DNA from: an uncultured Chlamydiae bacterium
Lineage (GTDB): Bacteria > Chlamydiota > Chlamydiia > Chlamydiales > Parachlamydiaceae
Assembly: GCA_963830365.1 (NCBI GenBank)
Contig: CAWHMU010000045.1
Coordinates: 1 to 64,000 of the forward strand
Reading direction: 5' to 3'
Length of the DNA stretch: 64,000 bases
Shown: one piece after another, positions 1-10,059 of the stretch
Numbering within the stretch: position 1 is the first letter of the stretch
How the letters are laid out: every line of letters begins with the position of its first letter
Translations under genes and position numbers: made by a program
The notes under the pieces: generated by a model
What the model was told of the DNA's origin: nothing
The model's database searches: none
What the model saw: the letters and a program-made list of their open reading frames with translations, nothing else

Positions 1-521
1 CAACGATTGCTCTTGCCTATAGGTGCGACGATGTCGATGATGCGACCGGTGATGTTCTCTTCCGCACGGATGTCGCGCTCCAGTTTAAGTGGCTGGGTAG
101 GGAAGAGTGGTGTCAGATTCTCGAACAGGATCTTGTTCTTGGCATTCTCGGGCGGCTCGTCGTTGACTTTGTCGACCTTGACCAGCGCAACGTAGCGTTC
201 ACCGTCCTTAGGCGTGCGGATCTCACCTTCTATGGTGTCACCAGTATGCAGATTGAAACGTCGTATCTGGCTGGGGCTGACATAGATATCGTCAGGGCCG
301 GCCAGATAAGAGGTGTCAGGTGAACGCAGGAAGCCGAAGCCGTCGGGCAGGATCTCCAGCGTACCGTCGCCAAAGATGGCCTCACCTTTTTTCGCCTGAC
401 TCTTCAGCAAAGCAAAGATCAGATCTTGCTTACGCATACGGTTGGCGTTTTCGATTTGATTGGCCGCAGCCATTTCAACCAGTTCGGTGACGTGTTTGAG
501 TTTTATGTCAGATAGATGCAT
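1..521 (-). CDS. rho: Transcription termination factor Rho, 5' part (runs off window); betaproteobacterial-type sequence
   Basis: Manual translation from ATG at 521: [40 protein letters not shown]...[45 protein letters not shown], the Rho RNA-binding signature. Absent from the ORF track because it has no stop in the window. Confidence 0.95.
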   Translation of the reverse strand, partial: MHLSDIKLKHVTELVEMAAANQIENANRMRKQDLIFALLKSQAKKGEAIFGDGTLEILPDGFGFLRSPDTSYLAGPDDIYVSPSQIRRFNLHTGDTIEGEIRTPKDGERYVALVKVDKVNDEPPENAKNKILFENLTPLFPTQPLKLERDIRAEENITGRIIDIVAPIGKSNR

Positions 522-638
522 AGCGATGCGTGAGGTATATAGAGGCGAGAAGGAAGGGGTTGAATCAGAAGGTGCTACAGCACCCGCGTGGCCAAGTTAT
601 TTGAATTGTTGGGCGCAGCGGGCGCGACAGTAAACGGA

Positions 639-880
639 TTAGATGTGGCTGTCAATGAAAGCGGTCAGTTGCGATTTGGACAGTGCTCCGACTTTAGTTG
701 CTTCGATGTTGCCATTCTTGAACAGCATCAGGGTAGGAATGCCACGGATGCCGTATTTGGCTGGGTCTGTTGATTCTCGTCGACGTTCAGTTTGGCGACG
801 CTCAGACGGCCGGCGTATTCCTTGGAAATGTCGTTAGGATCGGGGCGATCATGCGGCAGGGGCCGCACCATTCAGCCCAG
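639..880 (-). pseudogene. trxA: Thioredoxin, 5'-truncated, with two single-base deletions (probably sequence error or chimera rather than a real pseudogene)
   Basis: Minus strand gives WAEWCGPCRMIAPIL, then after frameshifts near 836 and 764 ..[47 protein letters not shown]. trxA-rho is the usual proteobacterial gene order. Confidence 0.85.
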
Positions 881-1350
881 ATGCTCATACCGGCACTGAT
901 TGCGAGCTTGTATATCTGGTGTTAGGCATCAACGTGTTGCTTTTCGTACTTTTTTTCAAGGAATTCAAGATCACCACTTTTGATCCGGGTCTATCAAGGG
1001 CGCTTGGCATATCGGCAGTTTTTTTCAATTATCTGCTGATGGCCCAAGTCTCTGCTACGGCTATCGGAGCTTTCCGTGCGGTGGGAGTGCTGATGGTGCT
1101 GGCGTTTATTACGGGCCCTGCCTTAACATCACGCCTGATTACCGATGACTTGAAAAAAATGCTCATGCTGGCCGTTGGGCTAGGCAGCTTGGCTTCTGTT
1201 TTCGGTGTGGCGCTTTCCAGGCATCTGTTGACGGTCTATGGAATTGCCTTATCGACGGCCGGGATTGTGGTTTGCATCATTTTATTTCTTTATCTTATTA
1301 CGGCAGCTTATGCTAATAAAGGCAGATGGCTTCATTTAAAATATTCATGA
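880..1350 (+). CDS. Mn/Zn/Fe ABC transporter permease (ABC-3/TroCD-type), C-terminal part only
   Basis: FFKEFKITTFDPGLSRALG...AFRAVGVLMVLAFITGPALTSRL is the ABC-3 permease motif. The N-terminal half is replaced by the trxA segment. Confidence 0.85.
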   Translation, partial: DAHTGTDCELVYLVLGINVLLFVLFFKEFKITTFDPGLSRALGISAVFFNYLLMAQVSATAIGAFRAVGVLMVLAFITGPALTSRLITDDLKKMLMLAVGLGSLASVFGVALSRHLLTVYGIALSTAGIVVCIILFLYLITAAYANKGRWLHLKYS

Positions 1351-1372
1351 TGGCTTACTTAAGGAGGATACG

Positions 1373-2044
1373 ATGGAAATTTGGCTTGATACCTGCGATA
1401 CGCCAGCCATAGCTACGGCCAGCCTTGTCGGCGTCGTTTATGGCGTGACGACAAATCCGACGATCCTTTCCAAAAGCACTGAAGATCATGAGAATGTGAT
1501 CAATGCCTTGTTGGATATCCAAGACGGCCCTCTTGCCATCCAAGTCACAGCCGCCGACTCAGACGAGATTATCAAACGCGCCATTGCCCTGCAGGCCTTT
1601 TCCAGCAGGATTATCGTCAAAGTGCCCGTCACAAGGCAGGGGTTGATCGCCATTAAAACGCTTTCAGAAAAGGAAATTCCGGTTATGGCCACGGTGGTCT
1701 TCAATCCCAGGCAGGCCCTCCTAGCGGCGCTCGCTGGCGCCCAATATGTGGCCCCTTATGTCGGACGCATGTTTGATGCCGGTATGGATGCATATCAGGC
1801 GCTGCAGTCGATGCTGAAAATCTATCAGCAGCATGGCTTTACAACTAAAATCATTGCCGCAGCACTTAGAACCACGGAACAGATCGTTACTTGTGCCGAA
1901 ATGGGCATCGAAGCGGTGACGCTTAAAGAGGCCTTGTTTTTGCAGTTTATCGAAGATGAGCCCATGACAATGGATTGCCTGAAAACGTTTTCCAAAGACT
2001 GGCAAGCGCGCGGTTATCAGTCCGCATCACCCCTTGTGCTGTGA
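1373..2044 (+). CDS. Transaldolase / fructose-6-phosphate aldolase (short FSA/TalC type)
   Basis: GVTTNPTIL, IIVKVP (Schiff-base Lys) and YVAPYVGR motifs; AAGGAGG RBS upstream. Confidence 0.92.
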   Translation: MEIWLDTCDTPAIATASLVGVVYGVTTNPTILSKSTEDHENVINALLDIQDGPLAIQVTAADSDEIIKRAIALQAFSSRIIVKVPVTRQGLIAIKTLSEKEIPVMATVVFNPRQALLAALAGAQYVAPYVGRMFDAGMDAYQALQSMLKIYQQHGFTTKIIAAALRTTEQIVTCAEMGIEAVTLKEALFLQFIEDEPMTMDCLKTFSKDWQARGYQSASPLVL

Positions 2045-2213
2045 TATACCAGGATCTAGTGGGGAATTTGACATATTGGACGCGCCAAAGCTCTCGCGGT
2101 TGCATGATCGTAAGCCTCCCCATATTCGCTAATATTGGGTGGCTTACGATCATGCAACCGCGAGAGCTTTCGCGCAGTCCAAATATGTCAAATTCTCACT
2201 AGATCCTGGTATA
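2045..2213. repeat. 169-bp near-perfect palindrome (MITE-like) bounded by TA at both ends
   Basis: TATACCAGGATCTAGTG...GGTTGCATGATCGTAAGCC / GGCTTACGATCATGCAACC...CACTAGATCCTGGTATA; arms of about 75 bp around a short loop. Confidence 0.9.
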
Positions 2214-2387
2214 AGTTCAGAATTCCTTACCTCCTCGAGGAGAAACAAGGATTTGCGGGTTTCTAATGATCCCGAAGATTGGAAATATTGCCGAGCCGAA
2301 TTTGATGTGCGGAAACTGGTCTCCAGTTTGTTTAGCTCGACTTGTTGACGTACGTAAGCGTCAAACCTAGACATGATTATCAGATAC

Positions 2388-2492
2388 CCGCATTTCCGAG
2401 GCGTAGAAATGTTCTCAACATTCGCACACCACTACATATTCCTAGAACATACGTCTAAAATCGCTTTTCTCCAGAAAAATAAAACTATTTTG
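2388..2492. repeat. Dispersed ~105-bp non-coding repeat, copy 1 (copy 2 at 29630-29733)
   Basis: CGCATTTCCGA...CACACCACTACATATTCCTAGAACATACGTCTAAAATCGCTTTTC aligns with CGCATCTCCGA...CACACCATTATATATTCCTTAAACATACGTCTAGAATCGCTTTTC. Confidence 0.8.
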
Positions 2493-2574
2493 TTGTGCCT
2501 TAGCGTGTAAAGAATGGTATCATGCTATTTCCTTGAGATCGGGATGTCTGAAGCTAGTAAATTAAACGAAATTT

Positions 2575-3699
2575 ATGCAAAGTAGTCTTTTAGCTAACGG
2601 AAATGTTTTGGAGTATATGGTGGAGATTGAGACACTTGCCTATCTGGATGTGGAAGGTAAGCTGGCGCCGGCATGCCGGCACGACATTCCCGATGCCGAC
2701 CTTGTCAAAGGCTATCAGACGATGGTCATCACGCGCCTTGTCGATGACAGGATGGTCACGCTGCAGCGGCAGGGCATCATCTCTTTTGCCATGAGTGCTT
2801 TGGGAGAAGAGGCTTGTGCCGTAGCCAGCGCAGCGGCCTTGGAGGGGCAGGACTGGATGTACCCCCAGTATCGGGAATCCGGCATCATGTTCTGGCGGGG
2901 ATTCACCATCCAGCAGTATGTACATCATATGTTTGGCAATGCCCAGGATTTGAGTCTCGGCCGGCAGATGCCTAACCACTTCGGCGCGCGCGCCATAAAT
3001 GTCGTCACCGTATCCTCTCCGATCGGTACCAAGATCCCCCATGCTGCCGGTTGTGCCTATGCCATGAAGCTGCAAGGGGAAAAGAGCGTGGCCATCTGCT
3101 ATTTCGGCGAAGGGGCGACTTCTGAAGGCGATTTCCATGCCGGCTTGAATTTTGCCGCCGTCAGGAAGGCGCCGGCGATCTTTTTCTGCCGCAATAACGG
3201 CTATGCCATTTCAACCCCCTGCAGCCGGCAGTTTGCTTCCGATGGCATCGCCCCGAAAGGCATCGGCTACGGCATGCCCGCCTACCGCGTGGATGGTAAT
3301 GATTTTTTTGCCGTGCATGCCGCCGTCAGCCGCGCGCGCGGCCATTGCCTGGAAGGCAAAGGCCCGGTGCTCATCGAAGCCATGACCTACCGCCGGGGAG
3401 CGCACTCCACCTCGGACGACCCTTCGGTTTACCGCAAAGATGCCGAAGTGCAGGCCTGGGAGAAGAAGTGCCCGGTGCTGCGGTTAAGCCGCTATTTGAC
3501 GGCTAAAGGGTTATGGGATGCGCAAAAGGAGCAGGCTCTCATCGACAAGACCAATCAGGAAATTACGCAAGCTATCGAGCTGGCCAAAGCCAGCCCTCAG
3601 GCACCACTCCAAGGCATAGTTGAAAATGTCTATTTCGATGTCCCGCAGTCCCTTAAAGATGAATTTGCAGAACTTAAAATCTTTTTCCCTGACAAGTAG
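2575..3699 (+). CDS. Branched-chain 2-oxoacid dehydrogenase E1 alpha subunit
   Basis: [21 protein letters not shown]-binding [14 protein letters not shown], and [16 protein letters not shown]. Confidence 0.9.
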   Translation: MQSSLLANGNVLEYMVEIETLAYLDVEGKLAPACRHDIPDADLVKGYQTMVITRLVDDRMVTLQRQGIISFAMSALGEEACAVASAAALEGQDWMYPQYRESGIMFWRGFTIQQYVHHMFGNAQDLSLGRQMPNHFGARAINVVTVSSPIGTKIPHAAGCAYAMKLQGEKSVAICYFGEGATSEGDFHAGLNFAAVRKAPAIFFCRNNGYAISTPCSRQFASDGIAPKGIGYGMPAYRVDGNDFFAVHAAVSRARGHCLEGKGPVLIEAMTYRRGAHSTSDDPSVYRKDAEVQAWEKKCPVLRLSRYLTAKGLWDAQKEQALIDKTNQEITQAIELAKASPQAPLQGIVENVYFDVPQSLKDEFAELKIFFPDK

Positions 3700-3710
3700 A
3701 GAGTGATTGT

Positions 3711-4690
3711 ATGCCCGTCATGAATATCATCCAAGCGCTCAACTTAGCTCTGCACCAGGAGTTCGCCCGCGATGGGCGCCTGTTGACATTCGGCGAAGAT
3801 GTCGGCGCCTTTGGAGGCGTTTTCCGCGTTACTTCAGGACTGCAGGAGAAGTTTGGCGAAGAGCGCTGCTTTGACACGCCGCTGTGTGAGCAGGGCATCA
3901 TCGGCTTCGGCATCGGCGTGGCCCAAAAAGGGCTGAAGCCGATTTGTGAAATCCAATTTGCCGACTATATCTTCCCCGCCTATGACCAGATAGTCAACGA
4001 AGTTGCCAAGATGCGCTATCGCACCGGCAACCAATATACAGCTCCGCTTGTCATCCGTACGCCCTGTATGGCGGCGGCATCCATGGCGGACACTACCACT
4101 CCCAGTCGCCCGAAGCGCAGTTCTTGCATACGCCAGGCTTGAAAGTCGTTGTCGTCTCAGGGCCCTATGATGCTAAAGGCCTGCTCACCTCCGCCCTGCG
4201 TAGCAATGACCCGATCTTGTTTCTGGAGCCAAAACGCATCTACCGTTCGCTTAAGGAAGAGGTGCCGACCGAGGAGTATGAAATCCCTCTCGGTGTAGCC
4301 GCCGTGGATATTTTCGGTGCTGATGTCACCATTATCGGCTGGGGAGCCCAGCATCATCAGAATATGGCAGCTGCCCATGAACTGAAAGCAAACCATGGCA
4401 TCGGCGCTGAAGTTATCAACTTGCGCACGCTTAATCCATTGGATATCAATGCCATCACCGCCTCGATACAAAAAACAGGCCGCTGCGTCATCGCCCACGA
4501 AGCCCCCAAGACGCAGGGCTTCGGCGCTGAAATCGCCGCCCAAATCATGGAGCGCTGCTTCCTGCATTTGCAGGCGCCGGTGAAACGCTGCTGCGGACTT
4601 GACACCCCCTTTCCAAATGCGCATGAGCATGAATATCTGCCGGACGCGTATAAAGTTGTGCAGGCAGTGCTTGACGTGGTAAATTATTAA
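3711..4690 (+). CDS. Branched-chain 2-oxoacid dehydrogenase E1 beta subunit, split by a frameshift at ~4065
   Basis: [36 protein letters not shown] in one frame. [34 protein letters not shown] continues in the frame of ORF 4124-4690. Confidence 0.9.
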
Positions 4691-4703
4691 CAGGCAATTG
4701 ACT

Positions 4704-5945
4704 ATGGCAGAGCAAATCTTTTCATTTAATCTTCCTGATATCGGCGAGGGTGTGGTCGAAGGCGAAGTCATTGAATGGCTAAAAAAAGTCGGCGACAGCG
4801 TAAAGCAAGATGAACCGGTGGTCATCGTCATGACGGATAAAGCCACGGTCGAATTGCCGGCCCCATATCCCGGTGTGATCTGCAAGCACTATTACAAGCC
4901 CGGCGAAATCGCCTTCAAGGATAAGCCCCTTTACGACATACAGCTGGCAGCCGGCAGCAAGAACCATGCGGCGGCTGAAAAGAAATCGCCAAAGAAGCCT
5001 GCTGAGAGGTCAGCAGAAAAGGCGCTAGCAAAAAATGCCGCGGATTCCCCACCAAGGGCTGTTAAAAACACATGCCCGCGGGAAGAACGGCAGGGGGCTA
5101 AAGCCCTGGCGCTGCCCAAAGTGCGCCAGCTGGCCAGGGAAATGGGCATTGATATCGAAGGGATTACAGGCTCCGGCAAACACGCTGAGGTTACATTGTC
5201 CGACCTCAACGGCGCGCGCCAAAAGGAGAAAGTCCAGCCCCAGTTAAAGCTTCTTGAAGGTGATGAAGAACAGCCACTCATCGGCATCCGCGGCCTGATG
5301 GCCCGCAAGATGGATCAGCGCGATATCCCTCAATTCTCCTATTTCGAGCCGGTCGATGTGACGCGCCTGATCCAGCTTAGAAACTCTTCCAAAAAAATAG
5401 CTTTGGAGCAGGGTGTCAATCTAAGCTATATGCCATTCTTCATCCGCGCGCTCGCCTTGACGGCCGCGGCATATCCCCAGCTCAACAGCTCCATCGACAT
5501 GCAGAAAAACGCGCTCATCATGCATAAGCAGCTCAATATCGGCACGGCCATGGCCACCTCGCAAGGATTGATCGTGCCGGTACTCAAAGGCGTGCAGCAG
5601 ATGGGACTAAAGGAAATTATCGATGGGTATGAAGCACTTAAGGGAAAAGCCCTAAACGGCAAGCTGTCCTCAAGTGATATGAAGGAGGCTACCATCTCCC
5701 TAAGCAACTTTGGCGCCTTAGGCGAAGGGCGCTGGGCCACGCCCATGATCAGCCATCCCGAAGTAGCTATCCTGGCCATCGCCCGCATCGCCAAAGCCCC
5801 CGTAGTCAGGAATGACGAGATCGTCATCCGCGACATGCTGACCCTGTCGTGGAGTTTCGACCACCGCGTCATTGACGGCGAACTCGCCGCCAAAATTTCT
5901 AACCACTTCTGCAAGCTGCTGCGCGATCCCGCCCTGCTGCTGTAA
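4704..5945 (+). CDS. Dihydrolipoamide acyltransferase (E2) of a 2-oxoacid dehydrogenase
   Basis: Lipoyl domain LPDIGEG..VMTDKATVE, E3-binding PKVRQLARE..GSG, catalytic FDHRVIDG. Confidence 0.93.
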   Translation: MAEQIFSFNLPDIGEGVVEGEVIEWLKKVGDSVKQDEPVVIVMTDKATVELPAPYPGVICKHYYKPGEIAFKDKPLYDIQLAAGSKNHAAAEKKSPKKPAERSAEKALAKNAADSPPRAVKNTCPREERQGAKALALPKVRQLAREMGIDIEGITGSGKHAEVTLSDLNGARQKEKVQPQLKLLEGDEEQPLIGIRGLMARKMDQRDIPQFSYFEPVDVTRLIQLRNSSKKIALEQGVNLSYMPFFIRALALTAAAYPQLNSSIDMQKNALIMHKQLNIGTAMATSQGLIVPVLKGVQQMGLKEIIDGYEALKGKALNGKLSSSDMKEATISLSNFGALGEGRWATPMISHPEVAILAIARIAKAPVVRNDEIVIRDMLTLSWSFDHRVIDGELAAKISNHFCKLLRDPALLL

Positions 5946-5947
5946 AT

Positions 5948-7447
5948 CTATTTTTCCTTATGATCTCCGAAAAAACGATTAATCAGGGCGGTGTTGTATT
6001 CAAAGATCAGGTTGATCCCTTCAAAGCAGGCGATACTGCCGACATAAAATGTACGATGTTCCCCCTGTAACTTGTTAATTAACCACGGGTATTCCTTTTC
6101 GATACCAGCCGTGTCAAAATGTTCAAAATAATCGAAGGTGCACGTTTTTATAATATCGACTGGACCAGTGCTGATTCCCTTTAAATCGTTAAGTAGTTTG
6201 TTTTGAATTACTTCACGAGATTCAGTCTCTGCCAAGCCACGCAAGTCGTACTGGAAAGCTATACTCGTAGTTTTTGCTGACGCTTGCTCAACGTCTTGTG
6301 TTTCAGCTGTATTTCGTAAAGCCGCATCATTACGAAAAAGAATTATTTGGTTTACATGTTTATTCGTCTCTTTCATCATTTCACTCAAAACGCATGTCAG
6401 TCTATAACCCGGCAAGAGATTTGTATTAAAAAGTGTTGTAGTTAACGAAAATTTTTGGGAGGCCTTTAAAAATTCATTTTCCATGGAGGTTGGCTTGTCT
6501 AGAAATTCGGAAATACTTTTTGATCCACAGGCCAGAAATAGATAATCAAAGCATTCCCTAGATTTTCCAGCTTCATTCTGATAAGTAATGGCGATAGGAC
6601 TCTCGCTCTTGCTTGCGTTATGGCGATCAACCTCAAGAATGTGAGTATTGTATCGAATTTCAAGATTTTCTTTTTTGGCAAGGGACAAGAATAGCTCTTC
6701 GAAACCATTTACAAAAAGTTTAAGGCAGGGTTTATCCATGCCGATTTTTGAAAAGCTAGCTTCTCTTGCTAATGAAATGATTAGCTTTGGGGTCGTCCAC
6801 ATGAGGGCATAGTAAGTGGGGATGGAGGACAAGTCTCCATAACCCTGACATGTATGCGAAAATTCAAAAAAGGGAATTAAGCGCTGAAGTTTATGATCTT
6901 TTATAAATTGAAGGAAGGGTTTTATCAGTTCTTGTTTTTGTTCAACCGAGATCTGCCAGTCTAAGACATTCTGTTTTGATCGTTGGAAAAATTTCCGGTG
7001 GAGTTTACTATAGCGAATGAGATTGATCAATATATTTGGACCAAATGATATCTTCGGTACAAATCGTCTAAGCCATTTCGGAATATATGTTTTAAAGAAT
7101 ACGTCGGTTAAATAATGTTCAAAAGGGACAACGTTTCCACTGGCGTCAGCAACGAATCTCTTGCTAGCCTGTATGGGTATGAGTTCACAGCCATATTCTT
7201 CAGCCAGCTTCAAAACTAAGGGATAATCGACACTGACATAGCAGGCTCCCATTTCATAAACTTGACTGTCGTGTTTGAGGGTGTAAACTTTGCCGCCCAA
7301 ACGATTCGTTTTTTCAAAGATGACGATGTTTTTGAAGCCCCTATTCTTCAAAAGTTTGGCTACGTGCAGACCGGCCGGACCTGCTCCGATAATAGCAATT
7401 TTAGCGTTAAGGTTTCTTTCTTTCTCTATCTTTCTCTCTTGTGACAA
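5948..7447 (-). CDS. FAD-dependent oxidoreductase/isomerase resembling polyunsaturated fatty acid isomerase (PAI family)
   Basis: IAIIGAGPAGL..IFEK..LGGK..YEMGA N-terminus and YFEHF..LQGEHRTFYVG..FE..Y..LINRFF C-terminus. Visibly AT-richer than its neighbours. Confidence 0.65.
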   Translation of the reverse strand: MSQERKIEKERNLNAKIAIIGAGPAGLHVAKLLKNRGFKNIVIFEKTNRLGGKVYTLKHDSQVYEMGACYVSVDYPLVLKLAEEYGCELIPIQASKRFVADASGNVVPFEHYLTDVFFKTYIPKWLRRFVPKISFGPNILINLIRYSKLHRKFFQRSKQNVLDWQISVEQKQELIKPFLQFIKDHKLQRLIPFFEFSHTCQGYGDLSSIPTYYALMWTTPKLIISLAREASFSKIGMDKPCLKLFVNGFEELFLSLAKKENLEIRYNTHILEVDRHNASKSESPIAITYQNEAGKSRECFDYLFLACGSKSISEFLDKPTSMENEFLKASQKFSLTTTLFNTNLLPGYRLTCVLSEMMKETNKHVNQIILFRNDAALRNTAETQDVEQASAKTTSIAFQYDLRGLAETESREVIQNKLLNDLKGISTGPVDIIKTCTFDYFEHFDTAGIEKEYPWLINKLQGEHRTFYVGSIACFEGINLIFEYNTALINRFFGDHKEK

Positions 7448-7465
7448 CTCCCATTTCCTTATTTA

Positions 7466-8914
7466 TTAGTTTAGAAAACACTCCATCAGCTCATTGACGG
7501 GCATGGCAGAGAGGCGGACCTGGTCTTGGAAGAGCGCTGTCAGCGTATGGACTTTATCTTCAGGGAAGCGGGTGGCAAGGTTGGCGGAGAACTTTTCGAA
7601 GAGCAGGGGCAGCCCTTCCTGACGTCTACGGCGATGGCCCAAGGGGTATTCGATGGCGATGCGGGGGGTGGCGGTGCCGTCATTAAAGCGGATGGTGAGG
7701 GCATTGGCGATGGAGCGTTTGTCGCTATCTAGATAATCTTGGCTGTAGAGCTTGTTTTCGACGACGTGCATTTTGGCCCGCAGGTCATCGAGGCGCGGGT
7801 CTTGGCTGGCTGCTTCCTCATAATCATGGGCGGTGAGGCTGCCTTTCAATAGGGCCACGGCAATCATATACTGCAGGCAATGATCGCGGTCGGCGGGGTT
7901 GTGCAGCGGCCCTTTTTTGTCGATGATGCGGATGGCCGATTCATGCGTTTCCACTTCGATGGATTTGATTTGATCGATTTTGCCTTTGATGAGCGGATGC
8001 AATTGGAAGGCGCATTCCACAGCCGTCTGGGCATGGAATTCGGCCGGAAAAGCGATTTTGAAAAGCACATTTTCCATCACGTAAGAGGTCAGCGGTCGCT
8101 GGAATTTAAAGGGCTGCCCTTTGAACAAGACATCATAAAAGCCCCATTGCTTGGTGCTCAAAGCCGTCGGATAACCCATTTCTCCTTGCATGGTGAGATA
8201 GGCCAAGAAGACGCCGCGGCTGGTGGCATCGCCGGCCGCCCACGACTTGCGCGAGCCGGTATTGGGGGCGTGGCGGTAGGTGCGTAACGGACCGCTATCG
8301 ATCCAGGCATTGGAGACGGCATCCAAAATCTGCTGGCGCGAGCCGCCCAGCAGCTGCGTGGCAACTGCTGCCGTGGCCACCTTGACCAGGATGACATGGT
8401 CCAGGCCGACACGGTTGAAACTATTTAATAAAGCCAGGCCGCCCTGGATCTCATGGGCTTTGATGGTGGCGGTGAGCAGGTCGTGTACCGTAAAAGGGGT
8501 TCTGTTGTTGGCCGCCCGCTGTTGACCGATGAAGTCGGCTAGCGCCAGCAGGCCGCCCAAATTATCGGAAGGATGCCCCCATTCGGCGGCCAGCCAGGTG
8601 TCGTTGTAATCCAGCCAGCGGATCATGGTACCGATGTTGAAAGCGGCGCGGATGGGGTCTAGCACAAAAGCTGTGCCGGGCACGCGGCTGCCCTTAGGGA
8701 CGATGGTGCCGGGGACGACAGGGCCCAATAGTTTAGTGCATTCATTAAAGTTTAAGGCCAGCATGGCGCAGCCTAGGCTGTCGGCAAGACAGGCTCTGGC
8801 CGTCTGATAGGCTTCATTGCTGTCGACAACATAATCATGGACGTAGTCGGCGATCATCTGCAAGGCTTCATCGGCCGGCTGATGATTCTCAGTAGGCTTT
8901 TGGGTGGTCGTCAT
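7466..8914 (-). CDS. prpD: 2-methylcitrate dehydratase
   Basis: [62 protein letters not shown]. Confidence 0.97.
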   Translation of the reverse strand: MTTTQKPTENHQPADEALQMIADYVHDYVVDSNEAYQTARACLADSLGCAMLALNFNECTKLLGPVVPGTIVPKGSRVPGTAFVLDPIRAAFNIGTMIRWLDYNDTWLAAEWGHPSDNLGGLLALADFIGQQRAANNRTPFTVHDLLTATIKAHEIQGGLALLNSFNRVGLDHVILVKVATAAVATQLLGGSRQQILDAVSNAWIDSGPLRTYRHAPNTGSRKSWAAGDATSRGVFLAYLTMQGEMGYPTALSTKQWGFYDVLFKGQPFKFQRPLTSYVMENVLFKIAFPAEFHAQTAVECAFQLHPLIKGKIDQIKSIEVETHESAIRIIDKKGPLHNPADRDHCLQYMIAVALLKGSLTAHDYEEAASQDPRLDDLRAKMHVVENKLYSQDYLDSDKRSIANALTIRFNDGTATPRIAIEYPLGHRRRRQEGLPLLFEKFSANLATRFPEDKVHTLTALFQDQVRLSAMPVNELMECFLN

Positions 8915-8919
8915 CGCGT

Positions 8920-10059
8920 TTATGCCCTTTTTCTGTCATGGATGGGTTTCCACGCTTGTGGTGGCGGACCGATATAATTGCTTACCGGACGGATCAGCTT
9001 GTTGTGTTCGCGCTGCTCCATAAAATGGGCAGACCAGCCGGTGATACGCGACATGACAAACAGCGGTGTAAACATAGGGGTGGGGATCTGGCTATAATGG
9101 TAGGCTAAAGCGCTATAGAAATCGAGATTGGGGAATAGGCGTTTTTCCTCCCACATCACCTTTTCGATGCGTTCGGCGACAGGATAGAGGTAGGCGTCGC
9201 TGGCCGTCAGGCTGAGCTTTTCGGCCCACTGCTTGATGATGGCGGAGCGGGGGTCTGACGTGGTATAGATGCGGTGGCCAAAGCCCATCACGAGCTTCTT
9301 TTGGGCCAGTAGCTCCCTGACACCTATTTCGGCAGCCTCGGGCGTCTTAAACTGTTCCAGCACGGCCATAGCCTGCTCATTGGCGCCGCCATGCAATGGG
9401 CCGCGCAGCGCGCCGATGCCTCCGCAGATAGCCGAATAGAAGTCAGAAAGCGTCGAGGCGATGGTTCTGACGGTGAAGGTCGAGGCGTTGAATTCATGTT
9501 CGGCATAGAGGATCAGCGAGACATCCAGACAGCGCCTGTGGTCGCCGTGAGGAGTTTTACCTTGCAGCAGATGCAGGATTTGGCCGGCCAGGGTCTCCTC
9601 GCCGGTATCCAGCTTGATACCCTTGCCGGTCTTATGAAAATGGTACCAATAGAAAAGGATCGAAGGGAAGCAGGCAAGTAGGCGGTCGGCAATGGCGAGC
9701 GGCGAGGTTTGGGGCGTTTCCGCTTCAAGAGTACCTAAGGCCGAGCAGCCCGTGCGCAGCACGTCCATCATCGAGCAAGTGGCGGGGATGTTTTCCAGGA
9801 TTTTCTTTAGCGGCAGCGGCAGCTCGCGCATGGCCTGCAGCGTCTTCTTATAGGCGGAAAGTTCGACGGCATTCGGCAAATAGCCGCGCAGCAGCAGCCA
9901 GGCAACTTCTTCAAACGAGGCGTGGGCGGCCAGATCGCTGACAGTATAACCACGGTAGAGCAGGTTCTCATCCTCTGCACTGCATAGGCAGATCGATGAA
10001 TCGCCGGCCACAATGCCTGCCAGGCCGCCCGTTTTCTTTTTGTCTTTTAATTCGGCCAC
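8920..10059 (-). CDS. prpC: 2-methylcitrate synthase
   Basis: Citrate synthase fold motifs [36 protein letters not shown]; lies between prpB and prpD. Confidence 0.93.
   Translation of the reverse strand: MAELKDKKKTGGLAGIVAGDSSICLCSAEDENLLYRGYTVSDLAAHASFEEVAWLLLRGYLPNAVELSAYKKTLQAMRELPLPLKKILENIPATCSMMDVLRTGCSALGTLEAETPQTSPLAIADRLLACFPSILFYWYHFHKTGKGIKLDTGEETLAGQILHLLQGKTPHGDHRRCLDVSLILYAEHEFNASTFTVRTIASTLSDFYSAICGGIGALRGPLHGGANEQAMAVLEQFKTPEAAEIGVRELLAQKKLVMGFGHRIYTTSDPRSAIIKQWAEKLSLTASDAYLYPVAERIEKVMWEEKRLFPNLDFYSALAYHYSQIPTPMFTPLFVMSRITGWSAHFMEQREHNKLIRPVSNYIGPPPQAWKPIHDRKRA

Noticed and set aside
1..880. Horizontal transfer of rho/trxA from a betaproteobacterium
   Set aside because: A mid-gene junction on both sides, indel errors and the window-edge position favour an assembly chimera.
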